This document shows, piece by piece, positions 28,308 through 38,333 of a stretch of DNA of 64,000 nt. A program made the translations under genes and the position numbers. The notes under the pieces are model-generated. The model saw nothing but the letters and a program-made list of their open reading frames with translations, had not been told where the DNA came from and made no database searches. This stretch comes from Glycomyces sp. (GTDB lineage Bacteria > Actinomycetota > Actinomycetes > Mycobacteriales > Micromonosporaceae): positions 16,504-80,503 of the forward strand of contig DASTYG010000107.1 of NCBI GenBank assembly GCA_035765105.1. The letters run 5' to 3'. Every line of letters begins with the position of its first letter. The stretch's first letter is position 1.

Positions 28308-29756
28308 TCATTCCAGGAAGAACGTCGCCTCGGAGCGCTCCTGCGGGGTGCTCACCTGGTGGAGGTAGGCCAGCCCGCCCTGGCGGCGGAGGTAGTGGCC
28401 GGGGAAGTTCACCGACTCGAACGACTCGCCCGCCGCGTCGGCCAGCCCGGAGCGCCGGTGGAAGCCCGCGTCCTGCTCGAACAGGCGCGAACCGTCGTCG
28501 CTCTCCACCCAGTACTCGTGGTTCTTGTGCCGCAGGTAGCGGCCGGGGTAGTTCGCCGACTCCAGCGACACCGTCCCCGACCCGGCCAGCCCCGGCACGA
28601 TCCGGAACTGCGAGTCGGCCAGCATCGCCGGGTTCGCGTCGGCCCGGACGCGGAAGTCGTAGTGGTGCAGGAACACGCCCGTCTGGCCGTGCGCGGCGAA
28701 GCGGTGCGGCGCGGGGCCGTCGGCCACCGGGACGCCGAAGTCCGGGGTGCCGTCGGAGCGCCAGTAGACCTTCTGGAGCCTGGTGTGCCGGTTCGGGTCG
28801 TACAGCGGGTCGCCGCTGATGTCCTTGTAGGGCCGGGCGTGGTAGACCAGGATGTCGCTCCGGCCGTCCTCGGAGACGGTGAACGAGTTGTGGCCCGGCC
28901 CGTACTGGCCCGTGGCGTCGCTGCTGCGCAGCACCGGCTCGGGGTGCTTGGACCACGAGGCCGGATCGAGCAGGTCGGCGCTCTGGGAGGCGGTGAGCAG
29001 CCCCATCGCGTAGTTCGCGTCGGTGGCGCTGGCCGAGAAGGTCATGAAGATCCGGCCGCCCCGCTGTATGACGGCCGCACCTTCGTTCACGTGGTGCCCG
29101 ACGGTCTCCCACGCGTGCGTGGGCTTGCTGATGCGGACCGGCTCGCCGGTGATCGCCCACGGGCTCGACATCGCCGCGAGGTACAGGCTGGTGCCGCTGC
29201 CGAGCTCGGGGTCGCTCTGGGCCCAGCACAGGTACCGGGTGGACCCCTGCGTGAAGGTGGTGGCGTCCAGGGAGAACGAGTCGCGCGGGGTGGTGATCTG
29301 CCCCCGCTCGGTCCAGGCGCCGCTCATCGGGTCCGCAGCGGTGTTCTCCAGGGCGTACATGCGGATGCGCCAGACGTCCTCGGCGCGGCCCGCGGCGAAG
29401 TAGAGGTACCACGCGCCGTCGACACGGTGGAGTTCGGGCGCCCAGACGTGGTGGCTCATCGGCCCGGCGGCGTGCTTGTGCCACACGGTGGCCTCCGGGG
29501 CCGTCGCCAGGCCCTGGAGGGTGGTCGAGCGGCGCATGACGATGCGGTCGTAGGCCGGGACGCTGGCGGTGAAGTAGTAGTACCCGTCGGTGTGGCGCAC
29601 GATGTGCGGGTCGGCGCGCTGGCGGATGAGCGGGTTGGCGAGCGGGACGGCGGGGGAGGCCGCGGCGGGGGCGCCGACGGCGACGCCGGCCCCGATGAAC
29701 GCCGCGGCGCCGGCGGCCTGGAACAGGCGTCGGCGGCTGAGGGGGGAAGGCTGCAT
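28308..29756 (-). CDS. Secreted GH43 arabinofuranosidase/arabinanase with C-terminal AbfB (CBM42) domain
   Basis: Tat signal MQPSPLSRRRLFQAAGAAAFIGAG. GH43 core (ADPHIVRHTDGYYYFTAS, WAPELH). C-terminal FRIVPGLAGSGTVSLESANYPGRYLRH is typical of AbfB/CBM42. Confidence 0.85.
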   Translation of the reverse strand: MQPSPLSRRRLFQAAGAAAFIGAGVAVGAPAAASPAVPLANPLIRQRADPHIVRHTDGYYYFTASVPAYDRIVMRRSTTLQGLATAPEATVWHKHAAGPMSHHVWAPELHRVDGAWYLYFAAGRAEDVWRIRMYALENTAADPMSGAWTERGQITTPRDSFSLDATTFTQGSTRYLCWAQSDPELGSGTSLYLAAMSSPWAITGEPVRISKPTHAWETVGHHVNEGAAVIQRGGRIFMTFSASATDANYAMGLLTASQSADLLDPASWSKHPEPVLRSSDATGQYGPGHNSFTVSEDGRSDILVYHARPYKDISGDPLYDPNRHTRLQKVYWRSDGTPDFGVPVADGPAPHRFAAHGQTGVFLHHYDFRVRADANPAMLADSQFRIVPGLAGSGTVSLESANYPGRYLRHKNHEYWVESDDGSRLFEQDAGFHRRSGLADAAGESFESVNFPGHYLRRQGGLAYLHQVSTPQERSEATFFLE

Positions 29757-29848
29757 GTGGAGGCTCCACGTCGTCGAACGGTTGCACACATTCTCGACAA
29801 TGAATCCACAGATGTCAATAGGACAATATATATGCCCAAGGGGGCGAA

Positions 29849-29888
29849 GCCCCGCGTCCGGCCGGGAGCGCACCCGGCCGGACGCGGG
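29849..29888 (-). terminator. Strong hairpin (16-bp perfect stem, 8-nt loop) downstream of the DHFR-like gene
   Basis: CCCCGCGTCCGGCCGG-GAGCGCAC-CCGGCCGGACGCGGGG, read directly; located 9 nt after the stop at 29897. Confidence 0.6.
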
Positions 29889-29896
29889 GCCGCGGC

Positions 29897-30460
29897 TCAG
29901 CGCACGACGTCGAAGACCTGCTTCTGAACGCCGTTGGAGTACCGTTCGTGCTCGACCGTCCGCAGCTTCACCGCGTCCCGGTCGGCCTCGCTGAACAGGC
30001 GCTTGCCCGCGCCGAGCAGCAGCGGGAAGACCAGCAGGTGGTAGCGGTCCACCAGGTCCGCGTCCGCCAGGCTCCACCCCAGCTCGGCGCTGCCGTGCAC
30101 GATGATCGGCCCGCCCTCGGTCCCCTTGAGCGCCGCGACCTCCTCGACCGAGCGCAGCACGGTGGCCGGCCAGCGCGCGTCCCCGCCCTCCAGGGTCGTG
30201 GACACGACGTAGCGCGGCATGGCGTTGTAGCCCGCGAAATCCTCCATATCGGGCCAGACCGGCGCGAACGCCTCGTAGGAGCGGCGGCCCATCAGCAGCG
30301 CGCCCGCCTCCTCCTGCTCGCGGCTCTTGATCTCGTAGGCGTCCTCGTCGAACTCGACCTGCTCGAAGGTCCAGCCGGTGTTCCGGTACCCGGGCTCGCC
30401 GCCCGGGGCCTCCATGACGCCGTCCAGGGACATGAACGCGGTGACGATGAGGGTGCGCAT
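29897..30460 (-). CDS. Dihydrofolate reductase-like (RibD C-terminal domain) family protein
   Basis: The pattern MRTLIVTAFMSLDGVMEAPGG...LLVFPLLLGAGKRLF is typical of the RibD_C family. Confidence 0.8.
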   Translation of the reverse strand: MRTLIVTAFMSLDGVMEAPGGEPGYRNTGWTFEQVEFDEDAYEIKSREQEEAGALLMGRRSYEAFAPVWPDMEDFAGYNAMPRYVVSTTLEGGDARWPATVLRSVEEVAALKGTEGGPIIVHGSAELGWSLADADLVDRYHLLVFPLLLGAGKRLFSEADRDAVKLRTVEHERYSNGVQKQVFDVVR

Positions 30461-30572
30461 GGCGCTCTCCTGCTCTCTCGGTGGTGCGGAATCGTCCTTC
30501 ACTGCCACGTCGAACGGCCCGGGGCCGAATCGACACCCCCGCGGAGGGAATCTCCGGCGGGCCTCCCCGGGG

Positions 30573-31688
30573 TCATCCGCCCGCCCGCCCGGCCCCGCCG
30601 CGGCCCTCTCGGGCGACGGCCATGAGGCTCACGTCGTCGTCGAGCCGGTCGGCGAAGCGGGTGAGGTCGTCCCACACGAAGTCGATCAGCCGCTGCGGCG
30701 ACGCCGGTGGCACCAGGCCCTTGAGATGCTGTTCGAGCGGGTAGAAACCCCCGTGGGCGTCGCGCGCCTCGCTCACGCCGTCCGAGTAGGCCAGCAGGAT
30801 CTCGTCGGACCGGAACGGGATCGCGGCCGCGCCCGGCGGCCGCTCGGCCGGTTCGAGCCGCAGGCCGAGGACCGGCCGCGTCTCCAGGGCCACCTCCTCG
30901 ACCCGGTCGGCGCGCAGCACCAGCGGCGGCGGGTGCCCGCACGAGAGCAGCCGGATCTCCTCGCCGTCCTCGCCGAACTCGACCAGCAGCACCGAGGCGA
31001 ACAGCTCGGGGATGTGGCCCTCGTCGGCGTCGACGACGATGCGCCGCTCCAGGCGCGCGGCGATGCACTCGAGGTCGGGCTCGTCGAGGATCGCCTCGTG
31101 GAAGGACGCCAGGAGCGCCGCCGCGGTGCTCACCGCGGGCAGCCCGTGCCCCTGGACGTCGCCGAGGATCATGCGGATGCCGAACGGGCTCGCGCGCAGG
31201 TCGAACAGGTCGCCGCCGATGCGCGCGCCCCGCTGCGCCGAGCGGTAGAGCCCGGCGCAGGCCAGGCCCCCGATACGGCTCGGCAGCGTGGGCAGGACGG
31301 CGTGCTGGGCGGCCTGGGCGACGCTCTCGATGGTCACCAGCCGCGACTGGTACCGGGTGCGCACCCACGCGAACCCGACGCCCACGCTCCAGACAACGGC
31401 GAAGGCGACCAGGTCCCGGTCGTCGAGGGAGTCGGTGTGGATGTGGATGAAGGGCGTCGCCACGACCGCGGCCACGACCGCGGCCATGCCCGCGATCCAG
31501 AGCGGGCCGAGGATGAACGACGCCACCAGCGGCACGACCGCGGTCGTGATCCCGACGACGGCCGGGTCCGAGGAGACCGCCTGGAAGACCAGCGTGAGCA
31601 GGAACAACGCGATCGGCAGCAGCCGCAGCCAGTGCGGCACGGTCGGTCCGTGCTTCAGGGCCTTCTCGCTGGGCACCCGCGGACTCAT
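30573..31688 (-). CDS. Membrane-anchored PP2C/SpoIIE-type serine phosphatase
   Basis: Several N-terminal TM helices followed by GGDLFD...GDVQGHG...YSDGVSEA motifs. Confidence 0.8.
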   Translation of the reverse strand: MSPRVPSEKALKHGPTVPHWLRLLPIALFLLTLVFQAVSSDPAVVGITTAVVPLVASFILGPLWIAGMAAVVAAVVATPFIHIHTDSLDDRDLVAFAVVWSVGVGFAWVRTRYQSRLVTIESVAQAAQHAVLPTLPSRIGGLACAGLYRSAQRGARIGGDLFDLRASPFGIRMILGDVQGHGLPAVSTAAALLASFHEAILDEPDLECIAARLERRIVVDADEGHIPELFASVLLVEFGEDGEEIRLLSCGHPPPLVLRADRVEEVALETRPVLGLRLEPAERPPGAAAIPFRSDEILLAYSDGVSEARDAHGGFYPLEQHLKGLVPPASPQRLIDFVWDDLTRFADRLDDDVSLMAVAREGRGGAGRAGG

Positions 31689-31835
31689 CTCCCGATTCTA
31701 AGTCGAATCCGGCCGCTGACCTGGCATACCGCCCATCGCGCGGCACCCGGGCACGGATTCGCCGCCCGGGAGCCGGGCCCCCGCCCGCGCGCGTCCGCGC
31801 GCTAGAGTTCAGCGCGGATCGCCCTGAGGAGGAGG

Positions 31836-33029
31836 ATGGAGTTCTTCTGGTTCGCCGTGCGGTTCGCGGCCGTCACCGCCGGCTTCGCCGTGCTCCACGT
31901 CTACCTGTGGCGGCGGCTGTGCCGCGACACCACCGCGCCCGGCTCCCCCTGGAGGCGCGTCGGCGCGGCGGCGCTGGCCGTGCTCGCCGCCTTCGGCGTC
32001 GCCGCCCGGTTCGCCGTCCCCTCCTCGCTGCCGCCGTGGGCGCAGGCCCTCATCGGCTGGCCGGGCCTGGTGTGGTTCGGCCTCTTCCTGTACCTCCTCG
32101 GGCTCCTCGTCCTCGCCGAACCGCTCCGGTGGCTGCTGCTGCGCCGCCGGCCCCCCGACCGGCCCGCCGAGGACGCCCCCGAACCGCCCGGGCCCACCCG
32201 CCGCCAGGTGGTCTCGCGCGCCGTCGGCCTGAGCGCGGCGGCCGCCGCGACCGCCGTCGCCGGGTACGGCCTCGCCGAGGCCCACCGCACGCCCCGCCTG
32301 CGAGCGGTGACCGTCCCCCTGGAGAAGCTGGGCCGCGAGTTCGACGGCTACCGGATCGCCGTCGTCGGCGACACCCACTTCTCCGCCCTGCGCGGCGCCG
32401 GGTTCTGCGAACGCGTCGTCGACCGGATCAACGGCGCCCGGCCCGACCTCATCGCCTTCGTCGGCGACCTCGCCAGCGGCGAGGCGGACGACCTGCGCGA
32501 GGCCACCGAGCCCCTCGCGCGCCTCGACGCCCGCGACGGCGCCTACTTCGTGACCGGCAACGCCGAGCACTACACCGGCGCCCTCCAATGGCAGATGCGC
32601 GTCCAGGAGCTGGGCATGACGCCCCTGCCCAACGTCCACGTCGAACTGCCCGGCTTCGACCTCGCGGGCGTCAACGACCTCATCGTCGAGCAGCGGGGCC
32701 TCACCGGCGAGGTCGGACCCGACTTCGCGGCCGCGCTCGAAGGCCGCGACCCGGCCCGCGCCTCGATCCTCATGGCCCACCAGCCCCGGGCCGTGGAGCA
32801 GGCCGTCGACTGGGGCGTCGACCTCCAGCTCTCCGGCCACACCCACGGCGGCCAGATGTGGCCGGTCCACCTCGCCACCCGCATCCGCGACGGCCAGGTC
32901 GGCGGCCTGCACCGCTACGGCGGCACGACGCTCTACGTCACCAACGGCGCGGGCACGAACGGCCCGCCGATGCGCGTCGGCGCGCCCTCGGACATCACCG
33001 TGATGACCCTGCGCTCGGCCCGATCCTGA
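31836..33029 (+). CDS. Membrane metallophosphoesterase
   Basis: TM N-terminus followed by GDTHF, GDL, GNAEHY and SGHTHGGQ motifs. Confidence 0.85.
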   Translation: MEFFWFAVRFAAVTAGFAVLHVYLWRRLCRDTTAPGSPWRRVGAAALAVLAAFGVAARFAVPSSLPPWAQALIGWPGLVWFGLFLYLLGLLVLAEPLRWLLLRRRPPDRPAEDAPEPPGPTRRQVVSRAVGLSAAAAATAVAGYGLAEAHRTPRLRAVTVPLEKLGREFDGYRIAVVGDTHFSALRGAGFCERVVDRINGARPDLIAFVGDLASGEADDLREATEPLARLDARDGAYFVTGNAEHYTGALQWQMRVQELGMTPLPNVHVELPGFDLAGVNDLIVEQRGLTGEVGPDFAAALEGRDPARASILMAHQPRAVEQAVDWGVDLQLSGHTHGGQMWPVHLATRIRDGQVGGLHRYGGTTLYVTNGAGTNGPPMRVGAPSDITVMTLRSARS

Positions 33030-33064
33030 CCGGAACGTCGGAGCCGTCCGCTATCTTTCGGGCC

Positions 33065-33766
33065 ATGGACATCATCATGATCCCCGGACTCTGGCTCGAC
33101 GGCTCCTCCTGGAGCGCGGTCACGCCGCCGCTCGAGCAGGCCGGCCACCGCGTCCGCGCGCTCACCCTGCCCGGCAAGGAGTCGAAGGACGCCGACCGCA
33201 CGGGCATCGGCCTGCAGGACCATGTGGACTTCGTCGTCGCCGCCGTCGACGAGGCCGAGGAGCCGGTCGTGCTCGTCGGCCACTCCGGCGGCGGCTCGAT
33301 CGCCCAGCTCGCCAGCGACGCCAGGCCCGACAAGGTCGCGCGCGTCGTCTACGTCGACGCCGCGCCCATGCCCGAAGGATCGGTCATCAACGACGAGATC
33401 CCGATCGTCGACCACGAGCTCCCGCTCCCCGACTGGGGCTTCTTCGAAGACGAGGACCTCGTCGACCTCGACGAGACGCTGCGCGAGCGCTTCCGGGAGC
33501 GGGCCGTCCCCGAACCCGTGAGCGTCGCCTACGACCGGAGCGCCTTCACCTCCGAACGCCGCCGCGACGTGCCCGCCACGATCGTCTCCTGCGAGTTCCC
33601 CAGCAGCATGATCAAGGAGTGGATCGAGCAGGGCGCCCCGTTCGTCCGCGAGATCAAGGAGATGAAGCACGTCGAGTACGTCGACCTGCCCACCGGGCAC
33701 TGGCCGCAGTTCACCAAGCCCGCCGAACTCGGCCGCATCCTCCTGGACGCCGTCGCCCGCACCTGA
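33065..33766 (+). CDS. Alpha/beta hydrolase
   Basis: Start at MDIIMIPGLWLDGSSW. Nucleophile elbow GHSGGG. C-terminal GHWPQ. Confidence 0.8.
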   Translation: MDIIMIPGLWLDGSSWSAVTPPLEQAGHRVRALTLPGKESKDADRTGIGLQDHVDFVVAAVDEAEEPVVLVGHSGGGSIAQLASDARPDKVARVVYVDAAPMPEGSVINDEIPIVDHELPLPDWGFFEDEDLVDLDETLRERFRERAVPEPVSVAYDRSAFTSERRRDVPATIVSCEFPSSMIKEWIEQGAPFVREIKEMKHVEYVDLPTGHWPQFTKPAELGRILLDAVART

Positions 33767-33958
33767 CCCCCTGCCGCCCGCCGCACCCGGTCGAGCAGGC
33801 GGCACGGCGAACGAGAAGGCGCAGCAGTGCCGCGAACTCCACGCCGCGCTCGCCGGGCGCGGCGCGATCGGCGGGCTGGAGGAGGACTCCTACGAGGCGG
33901 TGACCGGCGGCATCGACTGCAGCACCGCGAACGGCATGCTCCGGGCCCGCACGGGATC

Positions 33959-34414
33959 CTAGGGCGCGTCCCGGATCATGCAGGTGAGCCGGCCGGTGCA
34001 GACGCGGCGGCCCTCCTCGTCGGTCACCACGATCTCGTAGGTGGCCGTGGAGCGCCCCCGGTGGACCGGCACGGCCTCGCCGGTGACCGTGCCCGAGCGC
34101 ATGCCGCGGTGGTGGGTCACGTTGAGGTCCACGCCCACCGCGATCCGCTTCGGTCCGCCGTGGAGCATCGCGCCGACCGAGCCGAGCGTCTCGGCCAGGA
34201 CCGCGGAGGCGCCGCCGTGCAGCAGCCCGTACGGCTGGGTGTTGCCCTCGACCGGCATCGTCCCGATGACGCGCTCGGGGGAGGCGTGGGTGATCGCGAT
34301 GCCCATCCGCTCACCGAGCGCCCCCGCCGAGAACAGCGCGTCGAGGTCGACGCCGAGCTCGGCGAACTCCTCGAGGACTTCGGCGGGGAAGATGCTCTGC
34401 GGCACACTGCTCAT
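33959..34414 (-). CDS. PaaI/hotdog-fold thioesterase
   Basis: GLLHGGASAVLAETLGS motif. The start is either MSSVPQ (34414) or MERLD (34429). Confidence 0.8.
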   Translation of the reverse strand: MSSVPQSIFPAEVLEEFAELGVDLDALFSAGALGERMGIAITHASPERVIGTMPVEGNTQPYGLLHGGASAVLAETLGSVGAMLHGGPKRIAVGVDLNVTHHRGMRSGTVTGEAVPVHRGRSTATYEIVVTDEEGRRVCTGRLTCMIRDAP

Positions 34415-34514
34415 ATCAAGGCGCTCCAATCGTGTTCCCCGCCAGACTAGAGGCCCCGCGCCCCACCCGCACCGGAGGAGTGTCGCCGCCGCAGTGCCGC
34501 TGCGCGCGAACCCC

Positions 34515-35132
34515 CTACGTCCGCTGCGCGGTCGCCGCCGCGAGGCCGAGTCCGATCATCGAGGCCCCGCCGAGGCCGCCGAGCACCCGCCGGGGCCGCG
34601 GCGCGTTCAGCATGTCGCGGGCGGCCGCCGCCGCGAGGACCCACACCGAGTCGCAGGCGATCGCGAGCGCGGCGAAGATCCCGCCCAGCGCCAGCATCTG
34701 GAGCGGGGCCGCCCCGGCGTCGACGAACTGCGGCAGGATCGCCACGAAGAACAGGATCGTCTTCGGGTTGAGCGCGCCGACGAGGAAGCCCTCGAACACC
34801 GGCAGCCCGGCCCGATCCGCGTCCTCGGGCACCGTGATCGCGCCCTTGCGTTCGCGGAGCGCCTTGACGCCCAGATAGACCAGATAGGCCGCGCCGGCGT
34901 ACTTGACGATGCCGAAGGCCAGCGCCGACTGCTGGACGACCGCCCCGAGGCCGACCGCAACGAGCGCGGCGGCGGCGAAGACGCCGAGGGCGTTCCCGAA
35001 GGCGGTCAGGAGCGCCTTGCGGCGGCCGTAGGCGAGGGCGCGCCCGACGGAGAACAGGACGCTCGGGCCGGGGATGAGGATGACGACGAGCGAGGCGACG
35101 ACGAACGCCAGCAGTTGACCACCGGAGGGCAT
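34515..35132 (-). CDS. LysE family amino-acid exporter
   Basis: About 206 aa with 5-6 TM helices. N-terminal LLAFVVASLVVILIPGPSVLF is typical of LysE/RhtB. An alternative start is at 35144. Confidence 0.8.
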   Translation of the reverse strand: MPSGGQLLAFVVASLVVILIPGPSVLFSVGRALAYGRRKALLTAFGNALGVFAAAALVAVGLGAVVQQSALAFGIVKYAGAAYLVYLGVKALRERKGAITVPEDADRAGLPVFEGFLVGALNPKTILFFVAILPQFVDAGAAPLQMLALGGIFAALAIACDSVWVLAAAAARDMLNAPRPRRVLGGLGGASMIGLGLAAATAQRT

Positions 35133-35256
35133 GACCGAATCCAACCACCGGCCCCGGCGACGGTCAACCGGATTCGGCCGCGTCGGGCACCGGTGAGGTG
35201 TATTCGTCTATGTACGATCGTCGAAGCCCTGCGCACCCCGTCGAAAAGAGCCGGCA

Positions 35257-36045
35257 GTGAACCGCCCCCCGAAACCCGCCCTCGTCATGCTGCTGTGGCA
35301 GATCTGCTTCTATGCCGCGCTGCCCGTGCCCCTGCTGGCGTTCATGGCATGGGCCTACCGCGGCGGGGCGGACACGCAGTACGGGCTCGGGTTCGCCGCC
35401 ACCTGCGTCTGGGGCGCGGGGGGTTTCATGCTGGCCCATCGCACGCTCGCCCGGGGGTTCCGCGACGAGAACGGCGCCGCCGCCCGCGCGACCGGCCCGG
35501 CGGGGGCGCTGGAGTCCTTGAAGCTGCCCCTGGAATTCAAGGGCCTCGCCCTGGGGGCCTTCCTAACGTGCATGGTCGCCTTCGCGCTCGTCTTCCAGCG
35601 CGTCGAACACTGGGGCTTCCTGAGGACGCTGGCGGTGACGACGGGCATCTGGCTCGTCGGCACCGGGGCCTGCTGGGCGGTCTGGGCGCGGGGCGGCCTG
35701 CGGCTGCGGTCGGCGGACGTGCCCGCCGCCCGCCCGCCGGGGGCGTACCGCGAAGTCGAGGTGTCCCGCGGCACGGGCGACGGCGAGGCCGAGCGCACGC
35801 TGCGCCGGCGCGTCGCGGAGGGCCGCAGTGTGCTCGAAGTGCTCCGCGACATCGTCGACGGGGACTTCCTGCCGCCGCTCGCCACCGGTGAACGCTCGTG
35901 GGAGGTCGCCGTGGACGGCGAACCGGTCGCGCTCCTCACCCAGTCCTGGACCGGTTCGCGGTGGTGGCCCGAACCGGTGTGGCTCGTCGATCCGCACGCG
36001 CCCTTCGCGGGCGAGCGGATCGTCTTCACCCGCGGGGAGCCGTGA
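35257..36045 (+). CDS. Membrane protein with a soluble C-terminal domain, function unknown
   Basis: GTG start, four hydrophobic helices, no recognised family. Confidence 0.5.
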   Translation: MNRPPKPALVMLLWQICFYAALPVPLLAFMAWAYRGGADTQYGLGFAATCVWGAGGFMLAHRTLARGFRDENGAAARATGPAGALESLKLPLEFKGLALGAFLTCMVAFALVFQRVEHWGFLRTLAVTTGIWLVGTGACWAVWARGGLRLRSADVPAARPPGAYREVEVSRGTGDGEAERTLRRRVAEGRSVLEVLRDIVDGDFLPPLATGERSWEVAVDGEPVALLTQSWTGSRWWPEPVWLVDPHAPFAGERIVFTRGEP

Positions 36046-36175
36046 CGGACTCACGCCGCTTCGTCGTCCTCTAGGGACGCGACGAGGGCGTCGAAGTCGC
36101 CGCCCCGAGCACCTGCGAGGCCGCTGCCTCACGTGGTGCGGCCCCTTGAAGCGGCCGCCGTCGTTTGAGAAATGC

Positions 36176-36715
36176 TCACATGCGCACGATCTCGACGTCG
36201 TGGAAGCGCCCGGCGCTGCTGTCGTAGTGGATGCGCGCGCCCTCCATGTAGTCGAACATGGCGCCCCACGAGTCGTGGTCCTCCTCGGGGAACAGCGCGA
36301 TGAGCCCGCATTCGAGGTGGCCGCCGTGCCCGATGACCAGCGCCGCGTCGCCGGGGCCCAGCGTCGTCATCAGGTGCCGCCACTGCGCGGCCAGCGCGCG
36401 CGAGTAGTCCTGCACGGCCCCCGGCCGCTCGATCAGCCGCGCCAGCCGGGTGAACGGGCCGCCCGACTCCCTGGACGCCTGCTGGGACTCCACCATGAAC
36501 TCGCTGACGTTCTGCAAGGTGGGGATCTCGACGGTGACGGCGAAGCCCATCGCGATGGCGGTCTCCCGCGTGCGCGGGGCGACGCTGGCGGCGACGACTT
36601 CGAACGGTCCCATCAGCGTCCCGGCCCAGCGCGCCAGCTCGATACCGGCCTGCGAGAGGTGGACGGCCTGCTCGCCGTCGCGCTTGCTGTGCCGGCGGAT
36701 TTCGAGCATGGGCAT
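36176..36715 (-). CDS. Histidine phosphatase (phosphoglycerate mutase) family protein
   Basis: N-terminal RHSKR (RHG-type) motif and a later GHGGHLE motif. Confidence 0.75.
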   Translation of the reverse strand: MPMLEIRRHSKRDGEQAVHLSQAGIELARWAGTLMGPFEVVAASVAPRTRETAIAMGFAVTVEIPTLQNVSEFMVESQQASRESGGPFTRLARLIERPGAVQDYSRALAAQWRHLMTTLGPGDAALVIGHGGHLECGLIALFPEEDHDSWGAMFDYMEGARIHYDSSAGRFHDVEIVRM

Positions 36716-36910
36716 GGGGGGCCTCTTTCCTGAGCGAAACCGGCTGGTCGCTTAGAGCGTACGCGGCCCCACTGGATTCGACGACCGCGGCCGAGCGACC
36801 CTCGCGAACCGCGCGGCCGCCCTTCCCTCCACTGCGGATCTTCCGCCGGCCTGTGCGCTCCGCGCCCCGATCGCGGGCGGCGCGGCCGCCTCCGTGCCAG
36901 AATCGGCGCC

Positions 36911-37756
36911 ATGAGCGCACCGGCCGCCGACCTCGCGGGCAAGACGATCGTGGTGACCGGGGCCAGCGCCGGGATCGGCGCGGCAGCGGCGCGCCGCCTC
37001 GCCGACATGGGCGCCACCGTGGCCGTCGTCGGGCGCTCCCCGGAGAAGACCGCCGCCGTGGCCCGCTCCATCGGCGCCCGCGCCCACCTGGCCGACTTCA
37101 CGCGCTTCGACGACGTCCGCGCCCTCGCCCGCGACCTCCTCGCCGCCTACCCGCGCATCGACGTCCTCGCCAACAACGCCGGCGGCGTCTTCACCCGGCG
37201 CCGGACCACCGCCGACGGGCACGAGGCGACCTTCCAGGTCAACCACCTCGCCCCCTTCCTGCTCACCGCGCTGCTGTTCGACCGCCTGGCCGAGGCCCCC
37301 GAGGCGCGCGTCGTCTCGACCGGCTCCCTGGCCTACCGGGCCGGGCGCCTCGACCTGGACGCCGGGCGGCGCCCCTACCACCCGGCGGGCGCCTACGCCG
37401 ACTCCAAGCTCGCCACCGTCCTGTTCACCCGCGAGCTCGCCCACCGCGCCGCGGGCACCGGCGTCACGGCCGCCGCCTTCCACCCCGGCGCGGTCGCCAC
37501 CGAGGTCGCCCGGGACAACGCCCTGACCGCGTTCCTCATGGGCACCGGCATCGCCCGGCGCCTCTTCGCCACGCCCGAGCAGGGCGCCGAGCCGCTGGTC
37601 CACCTGGCCGCGCTCGCCGACCCGCGCGCGGTCAACGGCGCCTACTTCCACCGGCTGCGGCGCGAGACGCCGAAGAACCCCAGGGCGAACGATGGCGCGC
37701 TCGCCCGGAGGCTCTGGGAGCGCTCGGAGGCGCTCACCGGCGTCACGTTCCGATGA
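36911..37756 (+). CDS. SDR family oxidoreductase
   Basis: TGASAGIGAAAA motif and YADSKLAT catalytic YxxxK. Confidence 0.85.
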   Translation: MSAPAADLAGKTIVVTGASAGIGAAAARRLADMGATVAVVGRSPEKTAAVARSIGARAHLADFTRFDDVRALARDLLAAYPRIDVLANNAGGVFTRRRTTADGHEATFQVNHLAPFLLTALLFDRLAEAPEARVVSTGSLAYRAGRLDLDAGRRPYHPAGAYADSKLATVLFTRELAHRAAGTGVTAAAFHPGAVATEVARDNALTAFLMGTGIARRLFATPEQGAEPLVHLAALADPRAVNGAYFHRLRRETPKNPRANDGALARRLWERSEALTGVTFR

Positions 37757-37829
37757 GCCCCGGATGGTCGGCCCCCGCTGCCATGATGGACTCGGGGCCG
37801 TCGACGGCCCCGGACGAGAGGACGCCCTC

Positions 37830-38306
37830 ATGGAACTGCTCCGCACGGCGGCACTGGTGCTCGGCACGGTCGGCGTCGGCCTGATCGCCGGGGTCTTCTA
37901 CGGGTGGGCGGTCTCGGTCATGCCGGGCCTGGCCCGCACCGACGACCGGACCTTCGTGGCCGCCTTCCAGGCGATGGACCGGGCGATCGTCCGGCCGCCG
38001 TTCGTCGCGGTCTTCACCGGGACGCTGGCGCTCACCGCCGCCGCGGCCCTGCTCCACCTCGGGCACCGCGCGGTGCTGCTGTGGACGAGCGCGGCGTTCG
38101 CGCTCTACCTGCTGTCGTTCGTCTTCACGGTCCGCTGCAACATCCCGCTCAACGACGCGCTCAAGGCCGCGGGCGAGGCCGACCGGATCGACACCGCCGC
38201 GGCGCGGGCGCGGTTCGACGAGGCGAAGTGGAACCGCTGGCACCGCATACGCACGGCGCTGTGCACCGCGGCCCTGGTCTGCATGGTCCTCGCCCTGCTG
38301 GCGTGA
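37830..38306 (+). CDS. DUF1772 (anthrone oxygenase-like) membrane protein
   Basis: Four TM helices with the internal motif NIPLNDAL typical of DUF1772. Confidence 0.7.
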   Translation: MELLRTAALVLGTVGVGLIAGVFYGWAVSVMPGLARTDDRTFVAAFQAMDRAIVRPPFVAVFTGTLALTAAAALLHLGHRAVLLWTSAAFALYLLSFVFTVRCNIPLNDALKAAGEADRIDTAAARARFDEAKWNRWHRIRTALCTAALVCMVLALLA

Positions 38307-38333
38307 GCCGCGTCGCCCGTGCGCGGGCCGCGC